Notes under the pieces: model-generated
What the model was told of the DNA's origin: nothing
The model's input: only the letters and a program-made list of their open reading frames with translations
Databases searched by the model: none
NCBI GenBank assembly: GCA_964463595.1
Contig: CAYXDM010000001.1
Coordinates: 8,130-45,926, forward strand
Origin: an uncultured Aequorivita sp.
GTDB taxonomy: Bacteria; Bacteroidota; Bacteroidia; Flavobacteriales; Flavobacteriaceae
Length of the DNA stretch: 37,797 bases
Direction of reading: 5' to 3'
Shown here: positions 1 through 9,125 of the stretch, in pieces
How positions within the stretch are numbered: position 1 is the first letter of the stretch
How the letters are laid out: each line of letters opens with the position of its first letter
Program-made: the position numbers and the translations under genes

Positions 1-1725
1 AGGGGATTGCGGTTCGACCTTGCCAATTTAAAGATGGAACGCGAACGGATAGACGGCGATCTAAAGAGTGAGGGCTATTATAATTTCAACCCCGAATTTC
101 TGATCTTTGAGGCGGACACAAATCAATTTAGGAATAAACGTTTTGACCTGTTTTTGAGGTTGAAGAAGGACGTGCCCGATAGGTCTATCGTGCCTTATCG
201 AATTTCGAGGATCAACGTGTATGCAAATTACGATGTCCAGGATTCCACGGTTAAGCAAAAGGTGCGATTTAACGACAAATACTATATAAACAGCGAGGAA
301 TTCTTCAAACCCAAATATCTGGATCCGTTTATCACCTTGGAAGAGGGCCAGTTGTACAGCCCTTCAGACTCCCGAAATACCGCGAGGAGACTTTCCACCA
401 TAGGAGCCTACAAATTTGTCAACATTCAATATACAGAAAGTGATTCCTTATTGACCGACAGTCTGGGAATTTTGGAAGCCAACATTTTCCTATCTCCCTT
501 AAACAAAAGGGCCGTTCGGGTAGAGGTCCAGGCCGTAACCAAATCCAATAATTTTGCGGGGCCAGGGTTGGCCCTCACCTATAGCAACCGCGATCTCTTT
601 CAGGGAGGGGAAACCTTAAATACCACCGCGAGATTGGGATATGAATTTCAGGCTGGTGGATCAGGTGAAGCGGGCAAAACAAGTATCGAGCTCGGGTTAA
701 AAAATGAACTGATATTTCCGCGCGTCATTTTTCCCGTAAAGATCGACACCGATTTTTTTCAATATGACATCCCCAAGACAATAACCAGTTTAAGTGCAGA
801 TTATCTCAGCAGGTCAAAATTGTATTCGTTGCTGGCGGTTTCTGCGCAATTTGGTTATTCCTGGCGGGCCAACAGGTATATCACCCACGACATAATCCCC
901 ATTTCCACCAACTATACAAAATTGCTGGAAACCTCGGTGGAGTTTGACTCCATTCTGGACGCAAATCCTTTTCTTCAACGTAGCTTTGAGCAACAATTCA
1001 TTTCCGGTCTAAATTACTCCTTCACTTATAATGGGATGGTAGATACCTACAAAAGACATCAATTTTTTCTTAATGCAAATTTGGATTTGGCGGGGAACAG
1101 CATAAGCTTATTGGGAAGGGAAAACGAGGAAGGAAGAAAGGCTTTCTTGGGCATGGAGTATGCCCAATATGCCAAAGCTGATATCGATTTTCGGTATCAC
1201 TTTAAGCTAGGGTCAGATCAAGTGATTGCTACCAGGTTGTTTGGAGGGTATGGCATGCCCTATGGCAATTCGGAAGTGATGCCTTATGTAAAACAATATT
1301 ATTCCGGCGGACCGTATAGCGTCCGGGCATTTAGGATCCGATCTCTTGGTCCTGGAACTTATGGGGGCGACCCAGAAGAACAGGGCAACTATTTCGATCG
1401 GACAGGAAACATTCGCCTGGAAGCCAATATAGAATACCGCTTCCCCCTCATTTCATTTTTGAAGGGAGCCGTTTTTGTGGATGCGGGAAATATTTGGAAT
1501 TCCGATGGGAATGAAGCTTATTACAACAAGGATAAGTTTACTTCCAGCTTTATCAGCGAACTGGGAATGGGAGCTGGGATAGGCCTTCGTGTGGACGTTC
1601 AGGGGTTCGTTATCCGTTTTGACCTGGCAGCGCCCTTTCACGATCCCTCCAAGGATAAAGGGAGTCGGTTTGATTTTAGGGTGGATGAGCCCATTTTCAA
1701 CTTTGCCATTGGATATCCCTTCTAG
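1..1725 (+). CDS. BamA/TamA (Omp85) family outer-membrane protein, TamL-like; 5' end lies outside the window
   Basis: Frame is open from base 1. POTRA-like segment followed by beta-barrel motifs: YSNRDLFQGGE, SGGPYSVRAF (Omp85 VRGF-like loop), EYRFP, GAVFVDAGNIW, and C-terminal FNFAIGYPF beta-signal. Confidence 0.88.
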   Translation, partial: RGLRFDLANLKMERERIDGDLKSEGYYNFNPEFLIFEADTNQFRNKRFDLFLRLKKDVPDRSIVPYRISRINVYANYDVQDSTVKQKVRFNDKYYINSEEFFKPKYLDPFITLEEGQLYSPSDSRNTARRLSTIGAYKFVNIQYTESDSLLTDSLGILEANIFLSPLNKRAVRVEVQAVTKSNNFAGPGLALTYSNRDLFQGGETLNTTARLGYEFQAGGSGEAGKTSIELGLKNELIFPRVIFPVKIDTDFFQYDIPKTITSLSADYLSRSKLYSLLAVSAQFGYSWRANRYITHDIIPISTNYTKLLETSVEFDSILDANPFLQRSFEQQFISGLNYSFTYNGMVDTYKRHQFFLNANLDLAGNSISLLGRENEEGRKAFLGMEYAQYAKADIDFRYHFKLGSDQVIATRLFGGYGMPYGNSEVMPYVKQYYSGGPYSVRAFRIRSLGPGTYGGDPEEQGNYFDRTGNIRLEANIEYRFPLISFLKGAVFVDAGNIWNSDGNEAYYNKDKFTSSFISELGMGAGIGLRVDVQGFVIRFDLAAPFHDPSKDKGSRFDFRVDEPIFNFAIGYPF

Positions 1726-1819
1726 GAAACATTTAAAAATATAAGCTCGACCGAATGTAAATGGGTTGCACAATCTATGATTAAAACCTAACTTTCATCC
1801 TTATCCAAAAAATGAAATA

Positions 1820-2893
1820 ATGATTAAAAAAATAGCTGTTTTAGGCCTGGGAAAAGTGGGAAGTCTCGTGGCAACCCTGTTGAGCCAGAAATATAAAGTG
1901 GCCGGAATGGACCAATTTGAGGTCAGTGAAAAACTTCCCTTTGATGTGCTGAAAGGAGATGTTTCTGACGACAAGGTAATCCGTGGATTTTTGAGGAACA
2001 AGGATGCGGTGGTTTCCTGTTTGCCTTATTTTCTCAATATCAAAATAGCTGAAACCGCAGTGGAAATGGGCATACACTATTTCGATCTGACGGAAGATGT
2101 ACCAACCCTGAATGCAATTTTGAAAATGTCTGAAGATAGCACTGCAGTCTTGGCTCCACAATGCGGCCTTGCACCAGGATTTATAGGAATTCTGGGCGCT
2201 GGACTATATGGTCAGTTTTCCGAGGTACGCACGATAAAATTAAGGGTGGGGGCCTTGCCCTTGCATCCTATGGGTCAATTGGGGTACAGTTTTACCTGGA
2301 GTGCCGAAGGAGTGATCAATGAATATCTGAACGATGCGGAAGTGATCCACAACGGCGAACGAAAAATGTTGGCTTCCTTGGACGACGTGGAGTCGATAAA
2401 TATAAACGGCAGGCAGTACGAGGCCTTTTTGACCTCCGGCGGTTTGGGTACCATGTGTGAAACCCTTCAAGGCAAAGTAGATACGCTGAATTACAAGACC
2501 ATAAGGTATCCGGGCCATAGGGATGCCATGAAATTATTGCTGTACGACCTTCTCCTTAAAAACAACAGGAAGCTCGCAAAGGATATCCTAAACAACGCGC
2601 TGCCGTTGGTCGATGAGGATATTGTACTGGTGTACGCTGCCGTGGAAGGAATTATGGACGGGAAATTACGAAGAAAGGAATTTTCCGAATCCTATCGTAG
2701 AATTACCTTGGACAATAAGGAGTGGCGGGCCATAAGTTGGACAACTGCATGCAGTATCTGCGCGGTTGTGGACATGGTTTCCGATGGAAAACTGAAAGAC
2801 AAAGGCTTTATAAAACAGGAAGAAATACCCTTTAATCTGTTCATCAATTCCCATTTTGGTTCTTTGTTTGAGCGGTATAAAGATGAAAAGTAG
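1820..2893 (+). CDS. Saccharopine dehydrogenase / L-lysine 6-dehydrogenase family oxidoreductase
   Basis: N-terminal Rossmann GLGKVG; HYFDLTED, PQCGLAPG, VGALP, TWSAEGVINEY and YKTIRYPGH motifs; 357 aa. Confidence 0.85.
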   Translation: MIKKIAVLGLGKVGSLVATLLSQKYKVAGMDQFEVSEKLPFDVLKGDVSDDKVIRGFLRNKDAVVSCLPYFLNIKIAETAVEMGIHYFDLTEDVPTLNAILKMSEDSTAVLAPQCGLAPGFIGILGAGLYGQFSEVRTIKLRVGALPLHPMGQLGYSFTWSAEGVINEYLNDAEVIHNGERKMLASLDDVESININGRQYEAFLTSGGLGTMCETLQGKVDTLNYKTIRYPGHRDAMKLLLYDLLLKNNRKLAKDILNNALPLVDEDIVLVYAAVEGIMDGKLRRKEFSESYRRITLDNKEWRAISWTTACSICAVVDMVSDGKLKDKGFIKQEEIPFNLFINSHFGSLFERYKDEK

Positions 2894-3004
2894 GTTTTAA
2901 ATTCAGGCCCCGATCCAGGCATCATTCAAAAATTCCTTATCAAGGCTCGCTTTTCCTTGCAATAGTTTAACAACACCTTAATCCCATGGGCGTTTTTAAG
3001 TGGT

Positions 3005-3012
3005 TAACTTTG
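3005..3012 (+). promoter_or_regulatory. Bacteroidota -7 promoter element (TAACTTTG) for msrA
   Basis: Exact TAnnTTTG match ending 18 nt before the msrA ATG. Confidence 0.65.
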
Positions 3013-3030
3013 TTGATCTAAAATTGATAT

Positions 3031-3573
3031 ATGGAAAATAGAGAATTGCAGAAAATGACTGTGGGCGGGGGCTGTTTTTGGTGTACCGAAGCCGTTTTTG
3101 ACCAAATAAAAGGAGTAGAAAAAGTCGTATCCGGATATTCGGGCGGAAATGTGCCGGGAATCCCTACCTATCGGGAAGTATGTAGTGGATTGACCGGCCA
3201 TGCAGAGGTTATTCAGGTAAATTTTGATCCCAATATTATTTCCTTTAAGGATTTGTTGGAGATTTTTATGACCAGTCACGACCCGACTACCTTAAACCGT
3301 CAAGGCGGAGATGTGGGAACACAATATCGCTCGGTGATCTTTTATCACAATTCCGAACAAAAGGAAATCGCCCAAAAGGTCTTAAAGGATATGGCCCAAC
3401 ATTACGACCGTCCGATCGTGACCGAGCTGGTTGCTTTGGACAAATTTTTCCCTGCCGAAGCAGATCACCAGGATTACTATTCCAACAATCCCGACCAAGG
3501 ATATTGCAGGGTTGTCATTTCGCCAAAAATCGCAAAACTTCGGAAAATGTATGCGGACAAATTAAAAAACTGA
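3031..3573 (+). CDS. msrA: Peptide-methionine (S)-S-oxide reductase MsrA
   Basis: GGGCFWC catalytic motif, TGHAEV, HDPT..NRQG.D.GTQYRS, AEADHQDY and resolving GYC. Confidence 0.97.
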   Translation: MENRELQKMTVGGGCFWCTEAVFDQIKGVEKVVSGYSGGNVPGIPTYREVCSGLTGHAEVIQVNFDPNIISFKDLLEIFMTSHDPTTLNRQGGDVGTQYRSVIFYHNSEQKEIAQKVLKDMAQHYDRPIVTELVALDKFFPAEADHQDYYSNNPDQGYCRVVISPKIAKLRKMYADKLKN

Positions 3574-3664
3574 CTTCAAAATTATTTTTTTTCAAGAATT
3601 GTTAAAGTTATGCACAATAGCGCATTTCGCTTTGATTCTTGAAATAATTTTTCCCATCCGCAAC

Positions 3665-4468
3665 CTAGAATTTCCATTGCCGTTGCTTGTTCAATTCCTC
3701 GGATTTTTGGATTTCCTCCTTGGGGATCACTTTTAGGAATGAAGGGTGCTGCTCGATGGCGTATTCCATCATTTCCACTAGGTCTGCCAGCGTGTCATTG
3801 TCATAATCAATGTCCAACGGTGGTTTAATTTCCATGGTTTGTAGAATGCCCCGCTTTTTTATCCGAAGTCCTTTTTTGTCAAAAGACCTTCTAAAACCAT
3901 CGATTACGATGGGCACCACCACTGGTCTGTTCTTTTTTATGATATGGGCCGTTCCGCGTCGGATCGGATTCCAGGGTTTTGTAGTGCCCTGTGGAAAGGT
4001 AATTACCCAGCCATCATTTAACGCGGTGGTTATATTGCTGACGTCGCTCATCTTCACCTGTTTATTGACGTCCTTGCCTTTTTCGCGCCACGTACGCTCG
4101 ATGCTCACCGATCCTGCATAGGCCAAAATTTTGGGCAATAATCCCGCTTTCATTGTTTCCTTTGCGGCCACGTAATATATATTGAGTTTAGGATTCCATA
4201 AATACCCAATATTCTTGATGCTGTTCTCCCTACCGCTCAAACTGGCATTAAAAACGTGGAACATCGCCACTACATCTGCAAAATAGGTTTGATGATTGCT
4301 CACGAAAAGAACATTTCTGTCCGGAAGATTCCGTATCACTTCACTACCGTGGATTTGCAATTCGTTAAAACCTTTAAATCTACGGTGCGTCATTGCACCC
4401 ATAATCCGGATGAGCCAGAGTTTGATAAAAAGTATATGTCCAAATGGATTTCTTTTAAAAAGCCCCAT
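3665..4468 (-). CDS. Lysophospholipid / 1-acyl-sn-glycerol-3-phosphate acyltransferase family (PlsC-like)
   Basis: SNHQTYFAD catalytic His...Asp motif and ITFPQGT motif. Confidence 0.88.
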   Translation of the reverse strand: MGLFKRNPFGHILFIKLWLIRIMGAMTHRRFKGFNELQIHGSEVIRNLPDRNVLFVSNHQTYFADVVAMFHVFNASLSGRENSIKNIGYLWNPKLNIYYVAAKETMKAGLLPKILAYAGSVSIERTWREKGKDVNKQVKMSDVSNITTALNDGWVITFPQGTTKPWNPIRRGTAHIIKKNRPVVVPIVIDGFRRSFDKKGLRIKKRGILQTMEIKPPLDIDYDNDTLADLVEMMEYAIEQHPSFLKVIPKEEIQKSEELNKQRQWKF

Positions 4469-4533
4469 TTTTTAATGTATAATTTTTAGAGGTTCTATTT
4501 CGTTGGTTATCAAAATGATTGAGGCGACTTGGT

Positions 4534-4541
4534 CAAAGTTA
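4534..4541 (-). promoter_or_regulatory. -7 promoter element (TAACTTTG) upstream of the acyltransferase
   Basis: Plus-strand CAAAGTTA reads TAACTTTG on the minus strand, about 65 nt before the ATG at 4468. Confidence 0.5.
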
Positions 4542-4748
4542 ATAGGGTTTGCATGAATTGTTATCCCCATTCAAAAATTTTTAACTTTCAAGGTCCCCAT
4601 CATTCTAAAATTTATTGAACGCCAGAAAATCTCGAATAGATATATAACACGCATATATGAATCTTCGTGAATAGTGGCAGAACAGGCTTTCCGTCTTAAG
4701 AAAAAAGCCGTTATTTTTTAAGGTGGCAAATATAGTAAATAAAGGTTG

Positions 4749-5390
4749 TCAAAGAGCCTGAAGCAACATTTCGCGTACCTCATTAAGCATCATTGCCGTA
4801 GCGCCCCAAACAATATGTCCGTTAAGATCAAATGCGGGTACTTCCAAGTCCGTAACCTCAGCAGTAGAAAGGATTTTGGAAGTAATGCATCTTGCGTCCA
4901 TAAAGCAACTGAGTTCAACCTCTATAAGAGCTTCCACCTCGCGTTCCTCTCTTATGAAAGTAGGGGTTGTTGACGTAATTCCGAGAAAGGGTTGTACAAA
5001 AAAATTGCTGGGTGGAATGTAGAGTGGCGTTAATTCCCTTATGATGGTAATGGCTTTTCGATCAACGCCAATTTCCTCTTCTGTTTCCCGCAGTGCGGCC
5101 TCCTCCAGCGAACGATCGTATTTTTCCATTTTTCCGCCCGGAAAGCCCACCTGTGCAGAATGGATTCCCTTGTAAATTTTTCGCAAGATTAAAATGAGAT
5201 GGGTCTCGAAGTTCCCGGAAGGATAAAAAAGGGCCATTACCCCTGCTTTTCTTGGCCTATGGGCGACCATAGCTGCCCGTTTAAGCTCTTGAATACGCCC
5301 AATGGGAGCCATTTTCAATTGCATCTCCTCACCTGGAAGTTCTATTTTCCTTAGTTTTGCTATACTTTTTTTAAAATCACCGAAATCCAT
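4749..5390 (-). CDS. Nudix hydrolase, CoA pyrophosphatase (NudL-like) family
   Basis: HSAQVGFPGG followed by the Nudix box (AALRETEEEIG); C-terminal IVWGATA. Confidence 0.9.
   Translation of the reverse strand: MDFGDFKKSIAKLRKIELPGEEMQLKMAPIGRIQELKRAAMVAHRPRKAGVMALFYPSGNFETHLILILRKIYKGIHSAQVGFPGGKMEKYDRSLEEAALRETEEEIGVDRKAITIIRELTPLYIPPSNFFVQPFLGITSTTPTFIREEREVEALIEVELSCFMDARCITSKILSTAEVTDLEVPAFDLNGHIVWGATAMMLNEVREMLLQAL
5352..5359 (+). promoter_or_regulatory. -7 promoter element (TAGTTTTG) for the cyclophilin gene, inside the antisense Nudix CDS
   Basis: Exact TAnnTTTG ending 33 nt before the ATG at 5393. The intergenic gap is only 2 bp. Confidence 0.5.
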
Positions 5391-5392
5391 TT

Positions 5393-6121
5393 ATGGGAAA
5401 ACTGTTTGTATATGTGTTGGGAATCTTTTTATTCTTCGGAAGCTGTGAAGATAACAAAAAGAAGGTGGAAACTGAAAATCCAATACGCCCCCCTGTCGAG
5501 GTTGATACGGCCCATCTTAAAAATGAACCCGGACCGGAAGTAAACAATTCCAAGGAAAACCCATTTGGGAAGATTACCAATGGGAATGTGGTGGCATTTT
5601 TGACGGAGTTCGGCAAGAATAATCCCGAAACAAAGGTGAGGATTAACACTCCGTACGGCAACATCGAAATTGAACTTTTTAAGGACACTCCCTTGCACCG
5701 TGCCAATTTTATTTATTTGGTAAAACAAAAATATTTTGATGATACCTTTTTTCATAGGGTGGTACCCAATTTTATTGTTCAGGCCGGAAACAGCGATTTG
5801 GTGAGCACGCCTAGGAAAAGGACAAACTTGGGGAATGATTACCTAATTCCGGCCGAAATTGTTCCGGGGAGGATACATCGATATGGTACGGTTTCGGGAG
5901 CGAAGCAATACCGTGAAAACCCCGATAAAAAATCTGCTCCTTTTGAATTCTTTATCTTCTTGGGCCCTCTTTCCTCGACCGCCCATCTTAATGGCAACTA
6001 TACTATCTTCGGCAAAGTGACAAAAGGGATGGAGGTAGTGGAGGAAATCTCCAAAGTAGAAGCGGATGGCGGGGAATGGCCACTGACCAATATTTATATT
6101 ACCGCCGAGGTTTTGGAGTAA
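5393..6121 (+). CDS. Cyclophilin-type peptidyl-prolyl cis-trans isomerase, lipoprotein
   Basis: Lipobox FFGSC; TPLHRANF, FHRVVPNFIVQAG and HLNGNYTIFGKV motifs. Confidence 0.9.
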   Translation: MGKLFVYVLGIFLFFGSCEDNKKKVETENPIRPPVEVDTAHLKNEPGPEVNNSKENPFGKITNGNVVAFLTEFGKNNPETKVRINTPYGNIEIELFKDTPLHRANFIYLVKQKYFDDTFFHRVVPNFIVQAGNSDLVSTPRKRTNLGNDYLIPAEIVPGRIHRYGTVSGAKQYRENPDKKSAPFEFFIFLGPLSSTAHLNGNYTIFGKVTKGMEVVEEISKVEADGGEWPLTNIYITAEVLE

Positions 6122-6249
6122 AAAAGCTCACCTTGATCAACCTCACTATAATTCCATTGCAACGATTAAAAGCGGGGAATTCACAATCAAATCGGTAAAC
6201 ACTTATCTGCCGATCAAACAAAGGAGGGTTTGAAAATCGATCCACGAAC

Positions 6250-6867
6250 TCATTCCAGCTCCTTCTTCCCATAAATTGTTGGCAGGGAAAGGTCGAAGTA
6301 AACTGCCAAAAATCTTACCCCCATAACAATAAGCCCTGAAATTATGACAATAAAATTGGGGGCAAGTGAGGTTTGCAGCAATAGGAAATAAGCAGAACCT
6401 CCCAAAATACAGGCAGTAGCATAAATTTCCTTTCTGAAGATAATGGGGATGGTGTTACATAAAATGTCGCGCATTACTCCACCGAAACAGGCATTTATGG
6501 TTCCCAATGCGATACAGATCAGGGGAGATAACCCTGCGGCTATTCCCTTTTCCACCCCTACTATGGTGTAAAGTGCAATGCCGATGGTATCGAACAAGAG
6601 TAGGGGGCGCAGAATATAGTTGAATCTTTTTCTAAGGATCACGGCAAAAATCGTCGATCCAAAAATAACATACACATAAATGGGATTCCGAATCCACACA
6701 ACAGGGGCATCAATAAGAATATCGCGTAAGGTTCCACCTCCTACGGCCGCCACGAAGGCGATTATCAATATTCCGAAAGGATCCAATCTCTTGTTGATCG
6801 CTGCTAGGACACCTGAAATGGCGAAGGCAACGGTTCCAATTATGTCTATAAATAAGATCAGGCTCAC
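6250..6867 (-). CDS. Trimeric intracellular cation (TRIC) channel family / UPF0126 membrane protein
   Basis: Two repeats with DIIGTVAFAISG, GGGTLRD and FGGVMRD. The GTG start overlaps the RDD TGA stop (GTGA). Confidence 0.9.
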   Translation of the reverse strand: MSLILFIDIIGTVAFAISGVLAAINKRLDPFGILIIAFVAAVGGGTLRDILIDAPVVWIRNPIYVYVIFGSTIFAVILRKRFNYILRPLLLFDTIGIALYTIVGVEKGIAAGLSPLICIALGTINACFGGVMRDILCNTIPIIFRKEIYATACILGGSAYFLLLQTSLAPNFIVIISGLIVMGVRFLAVYFDLSLPTIYGKKELE

Positions 6868-7580
6868 ATGTTCTGGGTATAGTAAGTATAGTCTTTTATA
6901 ACTCTATCGAGAAATACGACCGGCGTTTCTTCAATCTGGACTTCCATCACCTTGGACACTTGGTTTGCCAGTTTTGTAATTACGAGGTAATTTCGGTTCC
7001 ATTTTGCCTGCTCAAATATATCCTTTATTGTCTGCATCTCATAATCGCTAAAAATGGTGACCTGTGGAAATAATGGGGTATAATTGGGAGGAAGATCGGC
7101 CAAGACGGTCTGTGAAAATCGGACCATTTGCTTTTCGTTTATAACCGTGGTGGAGGCGGCAATATCTCCCACCCGTTGTCCTTTTCCATTTAAAAGGATT
7201 GTTACCAGTGCCAGGGAACCACTGGTGACAGAGATATCAACAATCCGCAGTAACCAGCGGATTAGGTAATTTGAAAAAGCAGGTTGGGTACCATCCAATT
7301 TTACCACGCGCAGTCCCAGGGCTGCCTTTCCCGGGCTTTGACCGTTCCACAGCATTTCCCATAAAAGGTGATATAGAAAAATAGGCAATCCGATGGTCAT
7401 CATTAAGATCATATAATTATCACCCTGGAGCTGGAGGTTGGAGAACACAAAGATAACCAGGAAAATGTACAGGCCCATAATCGACCCATCGATCAGAAAA
7501 GCGAGGATTCGTTCCCCCACTCCTGCTACATTCTGGTGGATGTTCACATTTTGGGCAGTTTCTATTTGAAAATTATCCAT
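6864..7580 (-). CDS. RDD family membrane protein
   Basis: GERILAFLID, GQSPGK, RWLLRIVD and QRVGDIAA motifs. Start moved to ATG 7580 (MDNFQIETAQ) because the longer ORF would overlap spoIIM and a promoter motif lies at 7599-7606. Confidence 0.88.
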   Translation of the reverse strand: MDNFQIETAQNVNIHQNVAGVGERILAFLIDGSIMGLYIFLVIFVFSNLQLQGDNYMILMMTIGLPIFLYHLLWEMLWNGQSPGKAALGLRVVKLDGTQPAFSNYLIRWLLRIVDISVTSGSLALVTILLNGKGQRVGDIAASTTVINEKQMVRFSQTVLADLPPNYTPLFPQVTIFSDYEMQTIKDIFEQAKWNRNYLVITKLANQVSKVMEVQIEETPVVFLDRVIKDYTYYTQNM

Positions 7581-7598
7581 TAAATCTGTTCCTTTGGG

Positions 7599-7606
7599 CA
7601 AAACTA
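7599..7606 (-). promoter_or_regulatory. -7 promoter element (TAGTTTTG) for the RDD-TRIC operon
   Basis: Plus-strand CAAAACTA, within the 36-bp divergent gap between the RDD and SpoIIM genes. Confidence 0.55.
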
Positions 7607-7616
7607 CGTCCTTAAT

Positions 7617-8603
7617 ATGCGCGAAGCTGCCTTTGCAAAGCAAAATAAAGATAAATGGCTAAAATTTGAAAACGTTCTTCGGAATAATATTTCCCTAGAT
7701 CCGGACGAATTGAGCAAGCTCTATGTGGAGGTTACGGACCATCTCAGCTATGCACAAACCTTTTACCCCAATAGTAATACCCAGAGATACCTAAACGGAC
7801 TTTCCGCCTTGGCCCACCAAAAGATCGTAAAGACCAAGCGCGAATCCAGAGCCCGTTTCATAACTTTTTATACGAGGGAATTTCCACTTTTCTTTTCGCA
7901 ATATCACAGACAATTATTATTCTCCTTTACTTTATTTATGCTCTTTTCCATTATTGGGGCTTATTCCGCCGCTTCGGATGGCAATTTTGTAAGACTTATT
8001 ATGGGAGATGGCTATGTAAATATGACCCTTGCCAATATCGAAAAGGGAGACCCGATGGCGGTCTATAAGGAAATGGGAGCTCTGGATATGTTCCTCGGCA
8101 TAACCATTAACAATATCAGGGTGGCATTGATGGCTTTTTCTTTCGGGCTGTTCCTGGGGCTGGGAACTGTTTATATCATTATGCAAAATGCTATTATGTT
8201 GGGTTCTTTCCAGTACTTTTTTTATGAGAAGGGCCTACTTTGGGAATCGGCACGTACAATTTGGATACATGGTACTATCGAAATCTCGGTTATAATAATT
8301 GCTGCCTGCGCGGGTATCGTGTTGGGCAACAGTCTTCTATTTCCGGGAACTTATACACGGTTGCAGTCTTTCGTACGCGGAGCCAAGGATGGCCTGAAGA
8401 TAATGCTCAGTACCGTTCCATTTTTTATTGTGGCAGGATTTCTCGAAGGTTTTGTGACCCGCCATACAAATATGCCCGATGGGCTCGCAATCCTCATCAT
8501 TGGTGGCTCCCTGGGACTAATCCTTTTTTACTATGTCTTTTATCCCTTAAAGCTCAAGAAAAAATATGGGAAAGACTCTCAACCTGAAACCAATTTAGGC
8601 TGA
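7617..8603 (+). CDS. Stage II sporulation protein M (SpoIIM/DUF95) family membrane protein
   Basis: MREAAF..QNK.KW N-terminus; ITINNIRVA, IWIHGTIEIS and AGFLEGFVT motifs; multiple TM helices. Confidence 0.88.
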   Translation: MREAAFAKQNKDKWLKFENVLRNNISLDPDELSKLYVEVTDHLSYAQTFYPNSNTQRYLNGLSALAHQKIVKTKRESRARFITFYTREFPLFFSQYHRQLLFSFTLFMLFSIIGAYSAASDGNFVRLIMGDGYVNMTLANIEKGDPMAVYKEMGALDMFLGITINNIRVALMAFSFGLFLGLGTVYIIMQNAIMLGSFQYFFYEKGLLWESARTIWIHGTIEISVIIIAACAGIVLGNSLLFPGTYTRLQSFVRGAKDGLKIMLSTVPFFIVAGFLEGFVTRHTNMPDGLAILIIGGSLGLILFYYVFYPLKLKKKYGKDSQPETNLG

Positions 8604-8637
8604 AAATTTTACCCTGTACCTGCAAAAATCGGATTCC

Positions 8638-8964
8638 TTATTTAAACATCCCATCCAGACCGGGAATATTCGGCATCCCCTCTTTGGCTACTGCTGCCAA
8701 TTCGGCTTCATTGATATTTGTTGCTTTTTCAATCGCCTTGTTAAGCGTCAATACCAGATAATCTTCCAATTGATCTTTATCTTCCAACAGGCTATCGGCA
8801 ACTTCAATAGTCTTTATTTTTCGGTTCGCTGTCAGCGTTACTTTCAGAAGGCCGTCATTGCTGGATTCATCTATCAAAACGGTGTCCAACCTTCTTTTGG
8901 TGGCTTCCACCTTTTCTTGGGTTTCCTTTAGTTTGCCCATCATTCCCATTAAATCTCCAAACAT
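8638..8964 (-). CDS. ybaB: YbaB/EbfC family nucleoid-associated protein
   Basis: 108 aa; Met-rich N-terminus, [12 protein letters not shown] and MPNIPG C-terminus. Confidence 0.9.
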   Translation of the reverse strand: MFGDLMGMMGKLKETQEKVEATKRRLDTVLIDESSNDGLLKVTLTANRKIKTIEVADSLLEDKDQLEDYLVLTLNKAIEKATNINEAELAAVAKEGMPNIPGLDGMFK

Positions 8965-9085
8965 ATCTTTTTCTTTTTCTATCGGTCAGTAACCACTGGA
9001 GGGTAGATAATTTTTATCTTTTCCTGAATATTTCAACCTAAGACAGTGGTTTTAACGGACGGTAATTTTTAGTTTAAATTCGACA

Positions 9086-9093
9086 CAAATTTA
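9086..9093 (-). promoter_or_regulatory. -7 promoter element (TAAATTTG) for ybaB
   Basis: Plus-strand CAAATTTA in the ybaB/ptrB divergent gap. Confidence 0.5.
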
Positions 9094-9125
9094 CTACTTT
9101 GTAATCATTTTTAAAACCTTGAATA

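Noticed and set aside
3578-3651. AT-rich interrupted inverted repeat between msrA and the acyltransferase
   Set aside because: It could be a weak bidirectional terminator, but the low complexity makes chance pairing likely.
3665-4468. Idea that this acyltransferase N-acylates capnine
   Set aside because: It is about 7 kb away on the opposite strand with unrelated genes between, and nothing in the sequence indicates the substrate.
7581-7643. N-terminal extensions in the ORF track for RDD (also kdsC 23835-23888, DUF2520 24595-24687 and the kinase 32441-32593)
   Set aside because: They overlap neighbouring genes or promoter regions and add no family-like sequence, so downstream starts were used.
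7617-8603. Sporulation role implied by the SpoIIM name
   Set aside because: The family is widespread in non-sporulating bacteria and no other sporulation genes are present.
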